Source of the DNA: Botryllus schlosseri
Taxonomy: Eukaryota
Length of the DNA stretch: 64,000 nucleotides
Assembly (NCBI GenBank): GCA_051294905.1
Contig: CM119371.1
Coordinates: 34,164,001-34,228,000 of the forward strand
Direction of reading: 5' to 3'
Below, piece after piece: positions 1 to 14,351 of the stretch. The stretch's first letter is position 1, and each line of letters opens with the position of its first letter. Position numbers and translations under genes: made by a program. The notes below the pieces were generated by a model. That model had not been told where the DNA came from, ran no database searches, and saw nothing but the letters and a program-made list of their open reading frames with translations.

Positions 1-356
1 TAAGAATTAGAGTCGCACCTTAACGCAAATTATGCAGGTATTCTAGCAGACTTGTCACATTTTCTGTATCTGAAGTCGAATTTCAGCATCGTTATTCACT
101 ATAAGCCGAGAAATGTACCTTCGCGCAATCTATACAGACAGACGCATACACTTTGCTGCATCTGAAGTAGAATTTCAGCGTCGGTATTTGTTATAAGCCG
201 AGAAATGTACCTTCGCGCAATTTTTACAAGTAGTCGCACATACTTTGCTGCATCTGAAGTGGAATTCCAGCGTCGTTGTTTGCTATAAGCCAGGAAATTA
301 GAGTCGACGCTTCGCGCAATTTTGACAGGTAGTCTCACACACTTTGCTGCATCTGG
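1..356. repeat. Diverged ~91-bp tandem repeat (about 4 units, runs off window start)
   Basis: Motif block ctttgctgcatctgaagt..gaatttcagcgtcg..ctataagccgagaaatgtaccttcgcgcaat recurs at ~70, ~161, ~252 and ~345. Confidence 0.8.
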
Positions 357-776
357 GCTTCATACTAATACATGCATGATTTTGGCATGTCGAGAATACG
401 GGTAATTATAATTAAATCATCAATAAACGCCGGAGGCGAGTCATTTAAACCTTGTTGGTAGATTATAGCGCTTTCGACTACAACAAAGTTGCCCTGCCAC
501 AAAAAATAGAAGCCTTAATGATCATACAGAGGAAAGTTCAATTTTACATCGAATTATTCGAATCGACTACGTACATTGCATAGGTATGAGGTGAAATAAA
601 ACGGATTTACGCAAAAGTTCGACACTAAAACGCCGGCGGTGTCTTATAAAGTAATAATGTAAGCTGCGATGGATGCTGCTATATAATGCTAGTAGCGAAT
701 ATAGTAGAAAGTCCGCGTCTGGATGAATGTAAGCAGGTGCGCTTAGTAACGTAGTAAATCGCATAACAGAATTTAC

Positions 777-2680
777 ATAAATAGCTACTTCTACCTTAAT
801 TTAATGGATTTATCTGAGATCATTGCTTTACTTAATCTGTCCAAAATGTGCATTATACAAGTACGTCACCATCGAAACCATCTGCCTATAACTATCTGGC
901 AGTATAATTGCAGCAAATTTTAAACTTATCACCCAGCACGGACACTCAATGAAGAGCACCCTGGAGCACCCACATAAATGCTCTACAATTCTTGACATAT
1001 AATATACTGATCATATAATAAGCTTACAAAACTTATACTTGAGTACTCCGAAATGTACAAGTACTTTACCTTCACACGATGTTTTTGTAAAATGATACTT
1101 TAAAATGACGATTACACAAGTACTTCCCCTAAATCCGAAAGACTTATTCGCTCGAGTTACAGCCGTAGCGCTTGGACCAATTTCGCGTAGGCTATGCATA
1201 CAAATGAGGAAAGTTACATCAACCCGTGTTAATCAGTTGTATTATGTAGCTTGTAATTCATGCAAGTAAGTCGGACAACCCGGAACGAGTTAAAGCGTAT
1301 GATGATGGAACAGATTGCACAGCCATGAAGGTGCGTTTTATCATTTCTCAACTATATTGAAAAAAATCGCCAGCGTACCGAGATTTTCCCTATATCGTAC
1401 CATTTAAATAGCTAATAACGTAATAATGAGTTCTGTGCGCGGCTATAATGTTAAGAGGCAATATTGCCGAAGTCGCATAAATTCGAATGTATATGCTAGC
1501 TCTCTGTTATGTGTAGACTCTCTAGCCCTGCTTATTACTCGAATCTCGCTGTGGTTACAATATTATGAATTAATTAAGTAGAGCTACTGTATATTATTAA
1601 TCACCTATATTTAAATTCTATATGCTAATGCGTTGAGTTTGAAGCTATCGAATCGTGCTGTATGGTTACAATATTGTGTATTAATTAAGTAGATCTACTG
1701 CATAATATTTAACGCCTATATTTAAATTCGGTATGCTAATGCGTTGAGTCTGAAGCTAAAACATCCTTTTTCATGCGCCCAAGGAGACTAGCACCGCGTA
1801 TGCATGACAGACTTCACGCAAAAGTTGCTATTCCGAAAATTTTGTAAAGTTATTAGTTTAAAAACTTATACTTCAGCACTACGAAATGTACAAGTACTTT
1901 ACCTTTACACGGCGTTTTTGTAAAATGAATACTAATTTTAATAAAAAATAGAAAAGAGCGAAAAATTACATTTTATCCCGGAACGCAACAAGAAAAATCG
2001 TGTGAATTTGTAAACTACTTATTGATGCCATAATAATAATTCTACTTGTACACTTTTTCACATTTTATAGCACTTTTAGTAGTACTTAACAGTTTCAGTT
2101 TTAAATAAAATTCGGAATATAAACTAATCTAAAAATTCGGTAACCAATTTCGCGTAGACTATGCATACAAATGATGAAAGTTACATCAACGCGTGTTAAC
2201 TAGTTGTATCGAGTTATCGAATGATTTTTTCCTTACATCAAAACAACTAGCACGTGTGACTATAAAAAAACGTTCCGAACCCTTTACACACCAGCGATAA
2301 ATCGTACAAGCAAGTTTCGAGAATCGAGTTTTTTAAATAACGTGAAAGTATCACACCGCAAACTGCGCTAGCCTTCAAGGTTGTTAAGTAAACAAGTACT
2401 TGCACTCCATCAGAATACTAAAGTAGCTTATCACGTATATGTTCCTAATACTAATGTGTTTATGATTTCAGATCGCTTCAACTTCATGACATTTTCAGTA
2501 TTAAACAGAAGTATAGACCTAAAATGCTAACTTTCTTCGTAAATAGCTACTTCTAGTTTAATTTAATGGATTTATCTGAGATCATTGCTTTACTTAATCA
2601 CTCCAAAATGTGCATTATACAAGTACGTCACCATTGAATCCCTCTGGCTATAACTATCTGGCAGTATAATTGCGGCAAAT
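777..2680. repeat. Shuffled local duplications
   Basis: 777-920 resembles 2540-2680, 1027-1100 resembles 1860-1935, 1177-1242 resembles 2145-2210, and 1553-1650 resembles 1663-1758. Confidence 0.75.
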
Positions 2681-2725
2681 ACTCGAGTACTAATTTTAAA
2701 GTAGCTTAGGTATCTAAATGAGCTC

Positions 2726-3740
2726 TAGGACATTGTGATTATGCAGCATACCAAATTTCATCACACATTTCATGATGGTACAACTTTAAAACTAACGCAG
2801 TTCTATAGCAACTTTTGCCTAAATCTGTTTTCGGTAGCGTGTACCGATACATAGTCAGCTTTAATAACGGAATTACCATGCTAATATGTTACTCCTCACC
2901 TTGAAACTTGGTACGTAGTTGTAGGACATTGTGATTATGCAGCATACCAAATTTCCTAGGAACGCATTTCATAATGGAACAACTTTAAAACTAACGCGGC
3001 TCTACATCGGCTTTTTGCGTACATATGTTTTGCAGGAGCGTATAGCACATACCTATACATAGTCAAATTTAATAACGGAATTACCACGCTTAACATTGAA
3101 TCCCAACTCGAAACTTGATACGTAGTTGTAAGACATTATGGCAATGCACCATGCTAAATTTCATCACACATCTAATGATGGAACACCTTTAAAACTAACG
3201 CAGTCGAATACCGACTTTTACGCATATCTGTTTTGCGTGAACATAGCATATACCTATACATAATCAATTTCAATAGCAGAATTACCATGCTAAACATTGA
3301 ATTCCCACCTTGAAAGTTGGTACGCGGTTACAGGACATTATAACAATGCACCAAATTCCGTCACACATTTCATGATGGAACAACTTTAAAACTAACGCGG
3401 CTCTACATCGGCTTTTTGCGTACATATGTTTTGCAGGAGCGTATAGCACATACCTATACATAGTCAAATTTAATAACGGAATTACCACGCTTAACATTGA
3501 ATCCCAACTCGAAACTTGATACGTAGTTGTAAGACATTATGGCAATGCAGCATGCTAAATTTCATCACACATCTAATGATGGAACACCTTTAAAACTAAC
3601 GCAGTCGAATACCGACTTTTACGCATATCTGTTTTGCGTGAACATAGCATATACCTATACATAATCAATTTCAATAGCAGAATTACCATGCTAAACATTG
3701 AATTCCCACCTTGAAAGTTGGTACGAGGTTACAGGACATT
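2726..3740. repeat. ~200-bp tandem satellite, 5 units, with ~401-bp higher-order dimer
   Basis: Unit starts ((t/c)a(g/a)gacatt) at 2726, 2922, 3129, 3331, 3530 and 3732. Units at 3129 and 3530 are near-identical. Confidence 0.9.
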
Positions 3741-6429
3741 GAATTTCATCACAGACAGAGTCAATGCGAAAATTGCGCTTGACTTCTAGCGCATATCCTT
3801 TCAATGTCTGGACGCACATTTGATAATGCTACTCTCATCTCTTCTTCAACGGCAACTCCTCCCTTTTTTGGTTTTTATATTGACCAGAACGGAAAATACG
3901 GCGTGGAAAATTGAAGTAAAATCACAATTGCCTTTTCTCCAATGCAGGAATATTAATTCTAGATTCTAATCCAAAATTCTTCGAGAGCCATCTCATTGTA
4001 CCACAGCTTCAAGTTTCCGTCATTTCGGATGTCAATCAGCTCTTCCTCTTCTTTGAGATTTAAAGTAAAATTGGTTTCCTGCGGCAAAAATCGGTTTCTT
4101 ATCCATGCATAGTTTTCTGTTTTCAGTGTTGGAAAATATGTGTTTATTTTTGTATGCAAACATTTGAGATGCTGAGCAATCAATGGCAAGATTTCCCTGT
4201 TATTCGTTTCGGAGAAATTGGAGAACATGCTATAAGTTCCTGCTTCTGCTCGTACTAACCACACTTCTAATTTCTCTTGCAGTGCTCTAATCTTGTCTGT
4301 TGAAGTTACGAGATTTTCATTCCTGCCTTGCATACTGGAATTTGTCTTATTTAGGAGGTCAAAGATATCTACCAAATATGCTAATTTGGAGAGCCAGTTG
4401 TCATCGCAAATTCTTCCAAATTCTTCTTGTTTTTCAAGCCTAAAAAATAACAGCATTTCTTCCTTCAGCTCGTATACTCGCGACAACGCTTTTCCAAGTG
4501 ACAACCATCGTACCTCAGAGTGGAGCAGGAGATTATCATAGTTCGCTTCCATTTCCTTGCAAAGTTTAGTGAATAATCTGGACTTAAGTGGTCTAGATTT
4601 GATGTAATTTACCATTTCAATATCTTGTTGTAGTACTTTGTTCAAATCTGCGTCTAATGTTTTCCCCACAAGCACTTCACGATGAAGGAAACAGTGAGTT
4701 GCTACGATATCACTATTTACCCTTTTTGCAAGTGAAACAAATCCTTTGATTGATCCAACCATGGATGGAGCTCCGTCGGTACAAATACGTACACATTCCC
4801 CCCAAGACAATTCATTTTCTTCCTAACACTTGCTTAAAACATCAAATACATCTCCACCAGTCGTCCTTTCCTTGAGTTCTTTACAACAACAACAAAAATG
4901 ATCAGCTATTTTCCCGTCACTGACAAACCTGATAAAAGCCAATAACTGGGCCTTGCCACTGATATCAGTAGACTCGTCAACTTGCATCGTAAAGATTTTG
5001 CTCTTCTTCGAAGAAGATATTACGGTATCTTATATATCTTTGGACATGTCACTAATGCGTCTGCGAATCGTGTTATTTGACAAGGGAATTGTTTTCAATT
5101 CCTCTGCAGCTTTGGTCCCGAACATTTTTTTTACAATTCCAGTGCAAGCCGGAAGAAAAACTTTCTCCGCCTCCGTGTGAGGCTTTCAATTTTTAGCTAG
5201 TACCTCCGCTACCACATAACTGGCCTGTTGTGATCTAATTGAAACTTCAAATGTTTTGGTAAACGACTTAGATTGGTGTTTTCGCTCATCCAAGAGTCTT
5301 TTGAAATAGCTCGGCGGTTTGTCAGCCAAGTGTTCTTGCTTTCTTCAAGGTGTCTTTTCAATTTACTTGGCATCATAGCTTCATTCGACAATTTCGCGGG
5401 ACAGATAAGGCAATCTGGTACAGGTGCGATTCATCTTCACACCAAGTGAAACCCATATTTAGATAACTGTCGCAATATAAGCGTGCTCTCTTTGCGTTCT
5501 TTTCTAATTTACCTCCACCTCCAAAAGCTCTCTTTTCTTTATTGCAATGATCATTACCGTTTGACTTCATTTCTTTTGAACTAAACTTCTCCATTTTAAT
5601 ATTTCTAAAAGTAAACTTTTGTACAAAGCATCCCTTATATAGCTTACTAAGCTCTGATAGGAAGTCGTCGTTTTCCTCAGGCCAGAATACTGTACCTTCG
5701 TGATTACAATAAACAGAGCGTATTCAGACGAAAGTAAAAGGGGGTTATTTGGATTTAGTCATGATTTGCGACTTCACTGATGAATACAGAGGCGGAGGCT
5801 ATACCATGCATTTCCACACAGAGCGCGCTAGGATATAGCCATACCTCAATAGCCACCTGAAGCTCAATATTTTTCCGACAAACCAAGTTAATAACCTCGG
5901 CGGCGAGGAAGTTTGCTAACTATTATAATTAGATCAACCTTACTTCTCAATTCTCATATTCATCGCCGGTAACAGAACGGTAGTGCTGTACAAGCCTACT
6001 TTTTAACGGAAGTGCCGGCACGCTACCTAACAGATTCTAACAATCACAATGTTGATTGCTATGGAGTTCAAAGGAGTTCATTTCTCGCTGGTGATCGTGG
6101 AGACAATAAGGATTAGAAAACCGCATTGTCATACAGGCGACGCCATGTCTACTCTTCTCTGTGCAAAACTGATTCAGCCGTCCAAGCACGAGATATGTCG
6201 GGTAAGGCTAATTCGCGAGGGATATTGATTGCGGACATTACATCAATTTTGAATTGTTAAATGCGCATACAAACTTCACATCAAGCTCGACATTAGATTA
6301 TTGATCGTTTGCTATAGACTAGAATTATTTTGCGCATGATTTCAAAATTTCGATGAAACCGCTCGCGGCACACTTGGAAGACGTAAATGGTACACTAGTG
6401 TGCCGCGGCACACCGGTTGGGAACCACTG
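3741..6429 (-). mobile_element. Buster/Charlie-type hAT DNA transposon, copy A (3' end lost)
   Basis: 5' TIR ends ...gttgggaaccactg at 6429, followed by gtgtaagg (NNNTANNN target). Contains a transposase remnant. Confidence 0.9.
3800..5594 (-). pseudogene. Frameshifted hAT transposase (ZBED8/SCAND3/Buster-like)
   Basis: Motifs YLNMGFTW, SNEAMMPSKLKRHL, CTDGAPSM, HCFLHRE, LLLHSEVRWLS and LAYLVDIF are split across ORFs 5373-5594, 5209-5391 and 3959-4810, with a stop before the dimerisation domain. Confidence 0.92.
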
Positions 6430-6682
6430 GTGTAAGGCAACGATGGTATCATGCTCAGGCCAGCGATGGTATCGTGCGCACCTGTCCTATTGCAAATACG
6501 ATTCTTCAAGCCAGTGGAACTGGGTTTGATGGAGACGCGATAACTCAGGCCAGCGAAGATTGTCGAGCGCCGGCAATCAATGACATAATTTCGCAATCAT
6601 CTCAGCGCGAGATCGCGTTGCGTGTTTACAGACGAATCTCGCTGCTCGCTAAGTGGCCGTGGTCGCGCGCAACACTGATAAA

Positions 6683-7544
6683 TAGGACAATTTTTTTTGA
6701 CATGACAAAAAAAGTCAAAATTAGGTCAAAATTGTAGCGTTAGGTCAAAATTTGTCAAAATTGTTTACAAAGTCAAACATCGGTTGACCTCTCCATTTCG
6801 TTTGTATCGTTTGAACTTATCATTTGATATTTTACAGCTTGTAGCCTACTTTATAGGCCTACCGTTGTAAACGGGCCATCGTCTGCTCATTGTGAATCAT
6901 AAATGGTCAAATGAAACAAATAGTGACATGGTTTTATGGTCAACGTACCGCAATATCCTTGCTGAAGCAAGACTGCTTGGACATTGCATGGTTCTTATAT
7001 CAAGAAGCGCAAGTTGAAAAATTGTGATATAGACAACATTGTCAGAAGGCAGCAACACGGTTTGTCACCAGCAGTGTGCGCACAACTTGAGTGTTGTCAG
7101 CCAACAAATGCTGCTGTTGAACGTTCTTTCTCCGTTCTTGGCAAGCTACGTAGTAAGGACACGCACTTTCTACCCGAGAATGTTGGAAAGGATCTTTCGT
7201 TGTACTACAACAAATTTTAATTATTTCCACCAGAATACGTTATGTAACTACTGGAATTCTTCATAGGGCCAGATTTCGTTAAAATACTAGTTTTTCATGT
7301 AAAAATCTGTCAGTTTTTGAGCCAAAAACGTTTTTTCAGGCCAATCTACTTTGTAAGGACAGACAGTTCCAACCAGAAATGAAGATAAGTAGTACAATAT
7401 TAACATTATATGCGAAAACACCTAATTTGCATGCGTGAGGTCAAAATTCGGTCAAATTTCAGTTTTTTTAGGTCAAAAAAGGTCAAAATTTAGATTTTTT
7501 AGGTCAAAATCTTCCGTTTTTTAGGTCAAAAAAAAAATGCCCTA
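6683..7544 (+). mobile_element. Non-autonomous hAT-like element with GGTCAAAA subterminal repeats
   Basis: Imperfect TIR (taggacaattttt / aaaaatgcccta), exact 8-bp TSD ctgataaa (6675-6682, 7545-7552), and internal PTNAAVERSFS transposase C-terminal motif. Confidence 0.85.
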
Positions 7545-9519
7545 CTGATAAAATACGACTAGCTGAATTGCAACTGAATTTTAGCGTCAGAATTGTCATT
7601 TCAAACGGACGGGGTTTTGCTACGCGCCTGAATGTATTGCTGCTGGTTTTCTTGCGTGTTCAGTAGCAATACGAAACACATTGCTTATTTGCAAATCGAT
7701 CAATTCACCAGCCAGTCAGTTACAGACCTCGCCGAATTTTGGGAATGCCGCATACCCAAAAAAATTCCTAGGTATGCGCGGCATACCTAGCATACCCGAG
7801 TTCAGCGCCTATGTGTAGAGGCACACGCGGCACACTAGTGTGACAATTGGATTTCTTAGGGGTGTCGCGACAGAACGTGGTAAACAAGGTCGACGTATAG
7901 CAAAATTTAGGAATCCAAATTCTGATTATGGCAAAGACCGCGATTCGATTATTCCATCCGCTCAAGACACACAATGTAGAAACGCCGTGTAATGAACAGA
8001 TAGAAGAATGTCGAAACGACCAAGTAAGGTCTCTTAATCAGGCAGCCCATCATCCCAGTGATTCCCCACCAATGTGCAACGGCACGCTATAGTACCACGA
8101 GACGATGTAGTAAATAAGGTCGATGTATCACAGAAATGAAGGTGCGATGCGATGAACATATAGGAGAACGACATAATACTGCTATGCTCGATCTTTATTT
8201 TAGGCCCCCTCGGTCGGCAGAGGAGGATAATCTCAGATCAACCTCCGACGCGCTGAGGGCTCTTGCCGTGAGTGGCGGTGGAACGGCAAGTCGCCTACAT
8301 TTTGTAGCATTTATTACGCCAATAACTAAATAAATCAAATTACGAGTAGCGGACTTAAGACAGTTTGGTTTTCCAGCGACGAGTAGGTCGTCACTCGGGC
8401 AATTCGAAGTTGATGATGAGGCTTACCGAAGCTGTTGACCTTTTTTCTAGTCACATCATCATCATTTTATTAATTTTTTATCAAATGAATACACCTCAGG
8501 ATTGCGAGATAATGAAAAGATCCATCCATCAGAACCATGGTCTGAACAGTGTTACAATTTGTGAAATCTTGCTCTCACATGGTACTGGTTATATTTTCAG
8601 TGTTCATGGTATTTCGACTATGCTGTGGTCAATGGTCATATTACACCACATCGATATTGTTTATTATGATTCGTGAGATGGCAACTTACAGCACGACCCA
8701 CGGTGACATATTTTATCACGCCGATACAAGGTGATGAGTCATGTGTTTAAAATCGATTGTGTTATCCCCCCTTGTGTACGTTGTATTGTATCCGTAACGG
8801 CGAATCATTTCATTATTGTCTGCCCGGAATATTAATTTCATCGCAGATTTATGCACGGCGAGTGTACTAGGTTCAACTTTCATTTACGCTGTTTGAGGTG
8901 TTATCTAACCCCGCCGTATCGTCCGCGATCGCTGAATTTGTTCTCTCTAGTATTAGATTCATTTGAGTGCCCTTTCCCTGAATTTATTTGCACTGTAGAC
9001 CGTGGCATACCAGACCTTAACAGGTGATAAGTGCCACCCTAAACGTTTATTATTAATAATAATAATACACCGCTATTATTATTATTAGGGCATTGTGAAG
9101 CGTTAAATTAGCTACTTAGCTCGCTCATATGTTTTGATGATGACTCATTCTTTGATATGATCTGGTTTCTCCATATGCTTGAGTTCAAAGTGTTTTTGTT
9201 CTTATAATAATAATTATGGTATTAGTATGGACTTTGGTAAGAGACCCCGACTGGTTCGATATTCATTTGGACTCTCGTGAGATACTGCCGCGTGGTAGTA
9301 CGATTTCGATTATGGCTGCTGAACAGGTCTCGCTGTATGTAGTGTGTTGGGTATATATTTAACTAATATTTTCAAGTATGGAAACGGATTACAAGACGCA
9401 GGTGTAACGGTACAGATTCAGAACTTTATCATTCTCTATCTTCTGAAAAGGCGCTTTCAAAGAGTGCTACACAACAATATCCTAAAAAGAGACGCAAATA
9501 AGAGAGCATTCAGACATTC

Positions 9520-9760
9520 TGGATAGCCCTCGTACCGAAGAATCAATACACTTCATTAATTTTGTTTGCCGATAACATTCTTACCTGCTTTGGGTCTACT
9601 TATTTATGTGAAACCTCTTACTCTGCCATGGGAATGATAAAGTCAAAATAGCACTTTCTTATAACTGACGGACATTTACAGATTTCCATGTTAGCAGCTA
9701 CAACTGAGCTGCAACCAGATTTTAAAGTACTTGGGAACGAAATCCAGACTCAGAACAATT
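9520..9760 (+). pseudogene. hAT dimerisation-domain remnant
   Basis: Reads FADNILTCFGSTYLCETSYSAMGMIKSK*. A paralogous copy lies at ~57550-57790. Confidence 0.75.
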
Positions 9761-11380
9761 GTGTGGCGTTTTTAAATTGTAATAACAAACATTGTTGCTC
9801 TTAGGTATCATTCGCACTAGGATGAAGTTGCAACTGCAAATTTACGAACCGTGTCCAAGTATGTACGCCACTAATGTTTTAAAATGCATAGAAATGAATG
9901 GAACACCAGTTTAGGACTGGCGAATAGACCTATACAGTGAATCAAATAGTACAAGTATTTGCAGGGCCTTAACTGCCACACCCCAAACTCCCCAATGGGG
10001 TGGAGAGCTTCAATGGGACCAAATATTATTGCGCGAATGAACATAAATAATAAAGTATGATGAGAGATTTCCTAGAAGTTCATAATTTTCTTCGCGCTTG
10101 GCGAGATTTAATAGATTTCAATGTATACATTTTAATATGGGTACTCTCCCCACCCAAGAAAGAATGAGCATAATTTATGAAAGAAAATAGGCATTTCAGC
10201 GCCGGTCATTACCAGTCCACAACACACCAAGACTCATGAAGTTTCGGCCAACATGCGACTTCGCAAAATGTTTTACAAAAAAAAACTTTGGCCGAAGATG
10301 ACCGATGCATATGGGCCGAAACGATCAATATATATTCAGGGCCGTAACAGCACTTCTTCAGCCCCCCCCCCTAAAACGTTGGTCTTGGGCCCCCCATATG
10401 ATGATAAACCGAACTTTTGGAGGGCGTTACATCAGGCTATACGCTGTTTACCGTTAGCCTACTTATTATATACATTGGGAGGCGTTACTGAGTCTACTTA
10501 TCTCGCCTAAACGCCCTAAGTGCGAAAAATTTGGTGTGTAGGCTTAAATTAGGTAACCTAACAATTTTATCAAGTAGCCAGTACGATATGAGAAAAAAAT
10601 CATTTTTGAAGACCCCTACTGTGCATGCTTTTTCTCTTGAGGGGGAGAGATGTCCATTTCAAAATCAAGCTATCTAGAGACTTTGAATTGCGAAGTTCGA
10701 AGAAAATTTTCAAGGTAATTAAATCTCTAGAAAATACTCTTATAATTTATGGGCGTTTAAATTAGGCCCTTTCATCGACATCCTTAGATTGTCTTTCAAC
10801 ATCTCTTCTAAGATTAGTTGCAAATGTAATCGCGAGTAATCGTGATTACTTTTCCTTTCCAATCGTAATCGTAATCGACTACTTCCTGATTTTGCTGTAA
10901 TCGTAATCGCCATCGAATGCATTCATGAAGTAATCAAATCACCTATTGTCTGGTTCACACACAGAACGCGAACGTGAACCTCACGCTCACAACATCCCTA
11001 GTAATCAACATCACGTCTATTAAAAGGCATCGGGCCGAAAATACTGTAAAGACGCAGCTCTTCAGGTCGTGTCTGCTCTGATAGATACGCCGATGACCTA
11101 CGCTCTACTTCATACCTTGGCAAAGTGCGGCCAGCCAGCCTACGTACCTCGCATGCTTAATCCAGATTCAAAATAAAGTCAATGTAACAAATTATGCCGC
11201 AACAATTAAAGTAACAAGAAGTCAGCAAACCTTCTTTGTTGCAATTGTCACATTACGGAGTACACGGTCTGTGCTTCAGATTGTTACGCGATACCGCTTC
11301 CTTAACCCTAATTTGTAAGTTAAGTCAATCAATGTCCGTGATTACTATGAGTCATCATCACCCATGAAGGATGAACGGGC

Positions 11381-11650
11381 ATGTCAAAAAAAAAACGAAA
11401 GCTAAATCCACAGAAGGTTTGGAGCGCTAAATATTTGTCTACTGGAGTCAGGGGTAAACCCGTATTTTTAGTAGTTATTGCCGAGCAGGTCGCCATGTTT
11501 AAGGAGTATAATTCAAGTCGGTCTTATGACAAAAACACGAAGACAAACACTCGGTCAAGGGAAGGCGAATTTCAGAAGAACCGTAAGCTTTGCTCATGAA
11601 CAAGGCTGTTTCGCCAAGCTGCACACTGCTCGGAAGGCAGCGACCAAGAT
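11381..11650 (+). pseudogene. N-terminal remnant of a GTF2IRD2/SPIN-like hAT transposase
   Basis: MSKKKRKL..W..KYL...GKPV.LV...VAMFKEYN..R.Y resembles a degraded BED-like finger of this clade. Confidence 0.65.
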
Positions 11651-11815
11651 AATAAGCTCTGTAGTATACCAAATACATTTCTATATCTTGATAGAAAAAC
11701 GCGAATAGGGGTTCAGAAGGGTTCAGAATGTATCATTTTTAACATTGTTTCGAAATATGACGGCAAATAATATTATTTTATGGTAATTAACCGTCACGTT
11801 CTCATTTCCTTATAT

Positions 11816-14351
11816 AAGCGGTCGGGAACCTTTTTCGATAGAAGAGCCATATTGACCCGATATTTTCAAATGTAACTCCCAGAGAGCCATAATTGTCAAT
11901 AAACAATAACGTCACAATTGAAAAATTCGTGACGTAGGCTATTGGTAGCACTAATACCTGGAATTCGTAGTGCGCGCCATATTTTCTCTGCTCACATGCG
12001 TGCACACTAGGGTTGTCCAAAATTTGGAAAATCTCAAAAAGTCTCCGTGATTGTGTCTCATTCTATAGATTATTGATAAAAAACAACAATTAGCCTGAAA
12101 GAAGCTTACAGGAAAGCCGTTAAGATTTCAACCAAAGCGTTTGAAAGTAGCTGCTCAAGAATGGGCGTGCCACTGACCATAGAACGGCGAGAAGACTAGT
12201 AATCAAATAACCACGGCTCTTGATTGGCTAATCGGCTATGCTTCAATGACCACGGCAGCAGCAGCTTGCTGATCAGGTGTTCAAGAAGTCTGCTACCGGC
12301 GGGGATTCTGAGTGCGCATTGTTAGTAGTTTGGCAGGTGATGATTTAAGATTAATTCAGGACATGTTGAGGTACGAAATACATGATGAACAAACAACACC
12401 TGCTTCACAGAAGCTTTTACAGCATGACTGCTTCATTGTGAAGGAAACGGCTGAAGCCTACATGTCGTGTTTTCATCGAGAGAAAGCAAAGGCGCTTATG
12501 CAAGTGTTGAGCGAATTCACCGTTTCAGTACGGATCCACCATCAGTGAATACAAATATATAAAGCTTCACAATGACACTATACTTTGTGTGATCTTATTG
12601 GATCCAAGTTCTAGTATATAGTGAAGTATTGAAGGTTCTAGGGATTGACTGAATCGGCCGGTTATGCTTGGCAGTTATACTTACAGCAAATTGAATTCAC
12701 TTATAAGAGTTGTCAAATTCCTTAATGATGCTGCAGAAAAGAGGTTTAAGGTAAGCACAGGCTATGCTGGATATGATATCCAAACTATGCTGGATACTAT
12801 ATGCAGCATAGTCTGTGCTTTTCTTTACACCTCTTTTCTGCGGGATCAATAAGGACTTTGACATACCATATCCAGCACAGCCTGTGCGAGTGTGCGTACA
12901 TTACCACCTCTTTTCTGCGTTATCAATAAGGACTTTAACAACGCCTACAACTGCATTCAATTTGTTGTAAGCATCTGATAAGGGCCAAGCATAACCGGCT
13001 GATTCCGCCGAGCCCTGGAGCATTCAAAACGTCACCTATATACTACAGCTTCAGCCCAATAAGATCACACAACGTTAGTGTCATTGTTAAGCTTTATATA
13101 TTTGTATTCACTGACGGTGGATCCGTACTGAAACGGTGAATTCGCTCAACACTTTCATAAGCGCCTTTGCTTTCTCTCGATGAAAACACTACATGTAGGC
13201 TTCAGCCGTTTCCTTCACAATGAAGCAGTCATGCTGTAAAAGCTTCTGTGAAGCATATGTTGTTTGTTCATCATGCATTTCGTACCTCAACATGTCCTGA
13301 ATTAATCTTAAATCATCACCTGCCAAACTACTAACAATGCGCACTCAGAATCCCCGTCGGTAGCAGACTTCTTGACCACCTGATCAGCAAGCTGCTGCTG
13401 CCGTGGTCATTGAAGCATAGCCGATTAGCCAATCAAGAGCCGTGGTTATTTGATTACTAGTCTTCTCGCCGTTCTATGGTCAGTGGCACGCCCATTCTTG
13501 AGCAGCTACTTTCAAACGCTTTGGCCGAAATCTTAACGGCTTTCCTGTAAGCTTCTTTCAGGCTAATTGTTGTTTTTTATCAATAATCTATAGAATGAGA
13601 CACAATCATGGAGACTTTTTGAGATTTTCCAAATTTTGGACAACCCTAGTGCACACTGCACAGGTGAGGCACAGAGGAGCCAAGCCTCACCTATGATAGC
13701 GCCACACATCGTAATTACCTTAGAATTTATAATCACTGATATCAATCGAATGTAATTGTCTCACTGATTCAGAATATCTAAATATTGATCGACTTCTCCG
13801 GTATTCGGCTAACAAAACGTTGCGCTTCACCCCTACGTTTTAACGGCGGTATATTAGAAAGCTATACTTACCAATCAAGAACATGGATAGCTATGACGTT
13901 GTTTTTGATTTGAATTTCTAATTATAAAGGTCACTTCCAAGGCAGTTCATACATTACATACTGCATTGTCATACAAGCGTCGCCATGTCTGCCATTCTGT
14001 AATATTATATTCTAATCAAGGTATCGTGCAATCCAAAATTTCGAAGCGCACGATGTCGTGAAGATCGAATTCGCGATTGATGTTAGTCGCCACCGCGACA
14101 ACAACTTGAAAATCTGAGGAATTTGAATAGGGGATACGAGACCCTAACCCTGGATACCCCACTGTCTTGACCTCTCAAAGGCATGTTTAGGCTGCCACGA
14201 GAATAACTATATTCTGGACGTAATGAAAATTTGCTAAGAAGTTGCTGCAATATTGATAAATTTATTACAAAATTGAAAATTTGATAAAGAGCCAAATCTT
14301 ATACCCAAAAGAGCCATATATGGCTCGCGAGCCATAGGTTCCCGACCACTG
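11816..14351. mobile_element. hAT-type MITE (host of the fold-back element)
   Basis: TIR aagcggtcgggaacc / ggttcccgaccactg with exact TSD ccttatat (11808-11815, 14352-14359). Confidence 0.85.
12008..13648. mobile_element. Fold-back (near fully palindromic) non-autonomous element, hATm-like ends
   Basis: tagggttgtccaaa...ttggacaacccta ends, ~600-bp near-identical inverted arms with a more diverged inner part, and exact TSD gtgcacac (12000-12007, 13649-13656). Confidence 0.92.

Noticed and set aside
2726..3740. CRISPR-like periodicity
   Set aside because: Whole ~200-bp units repeat with no unique spacers, no cas genes are present, and the context is eukaryotic.
3959..4810. Domesticated ZBED8/SCAND3-like host gene
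   Set aside because: Multiple frameshifts and stops plus retained TIR and TSD indicate a dead transposon.
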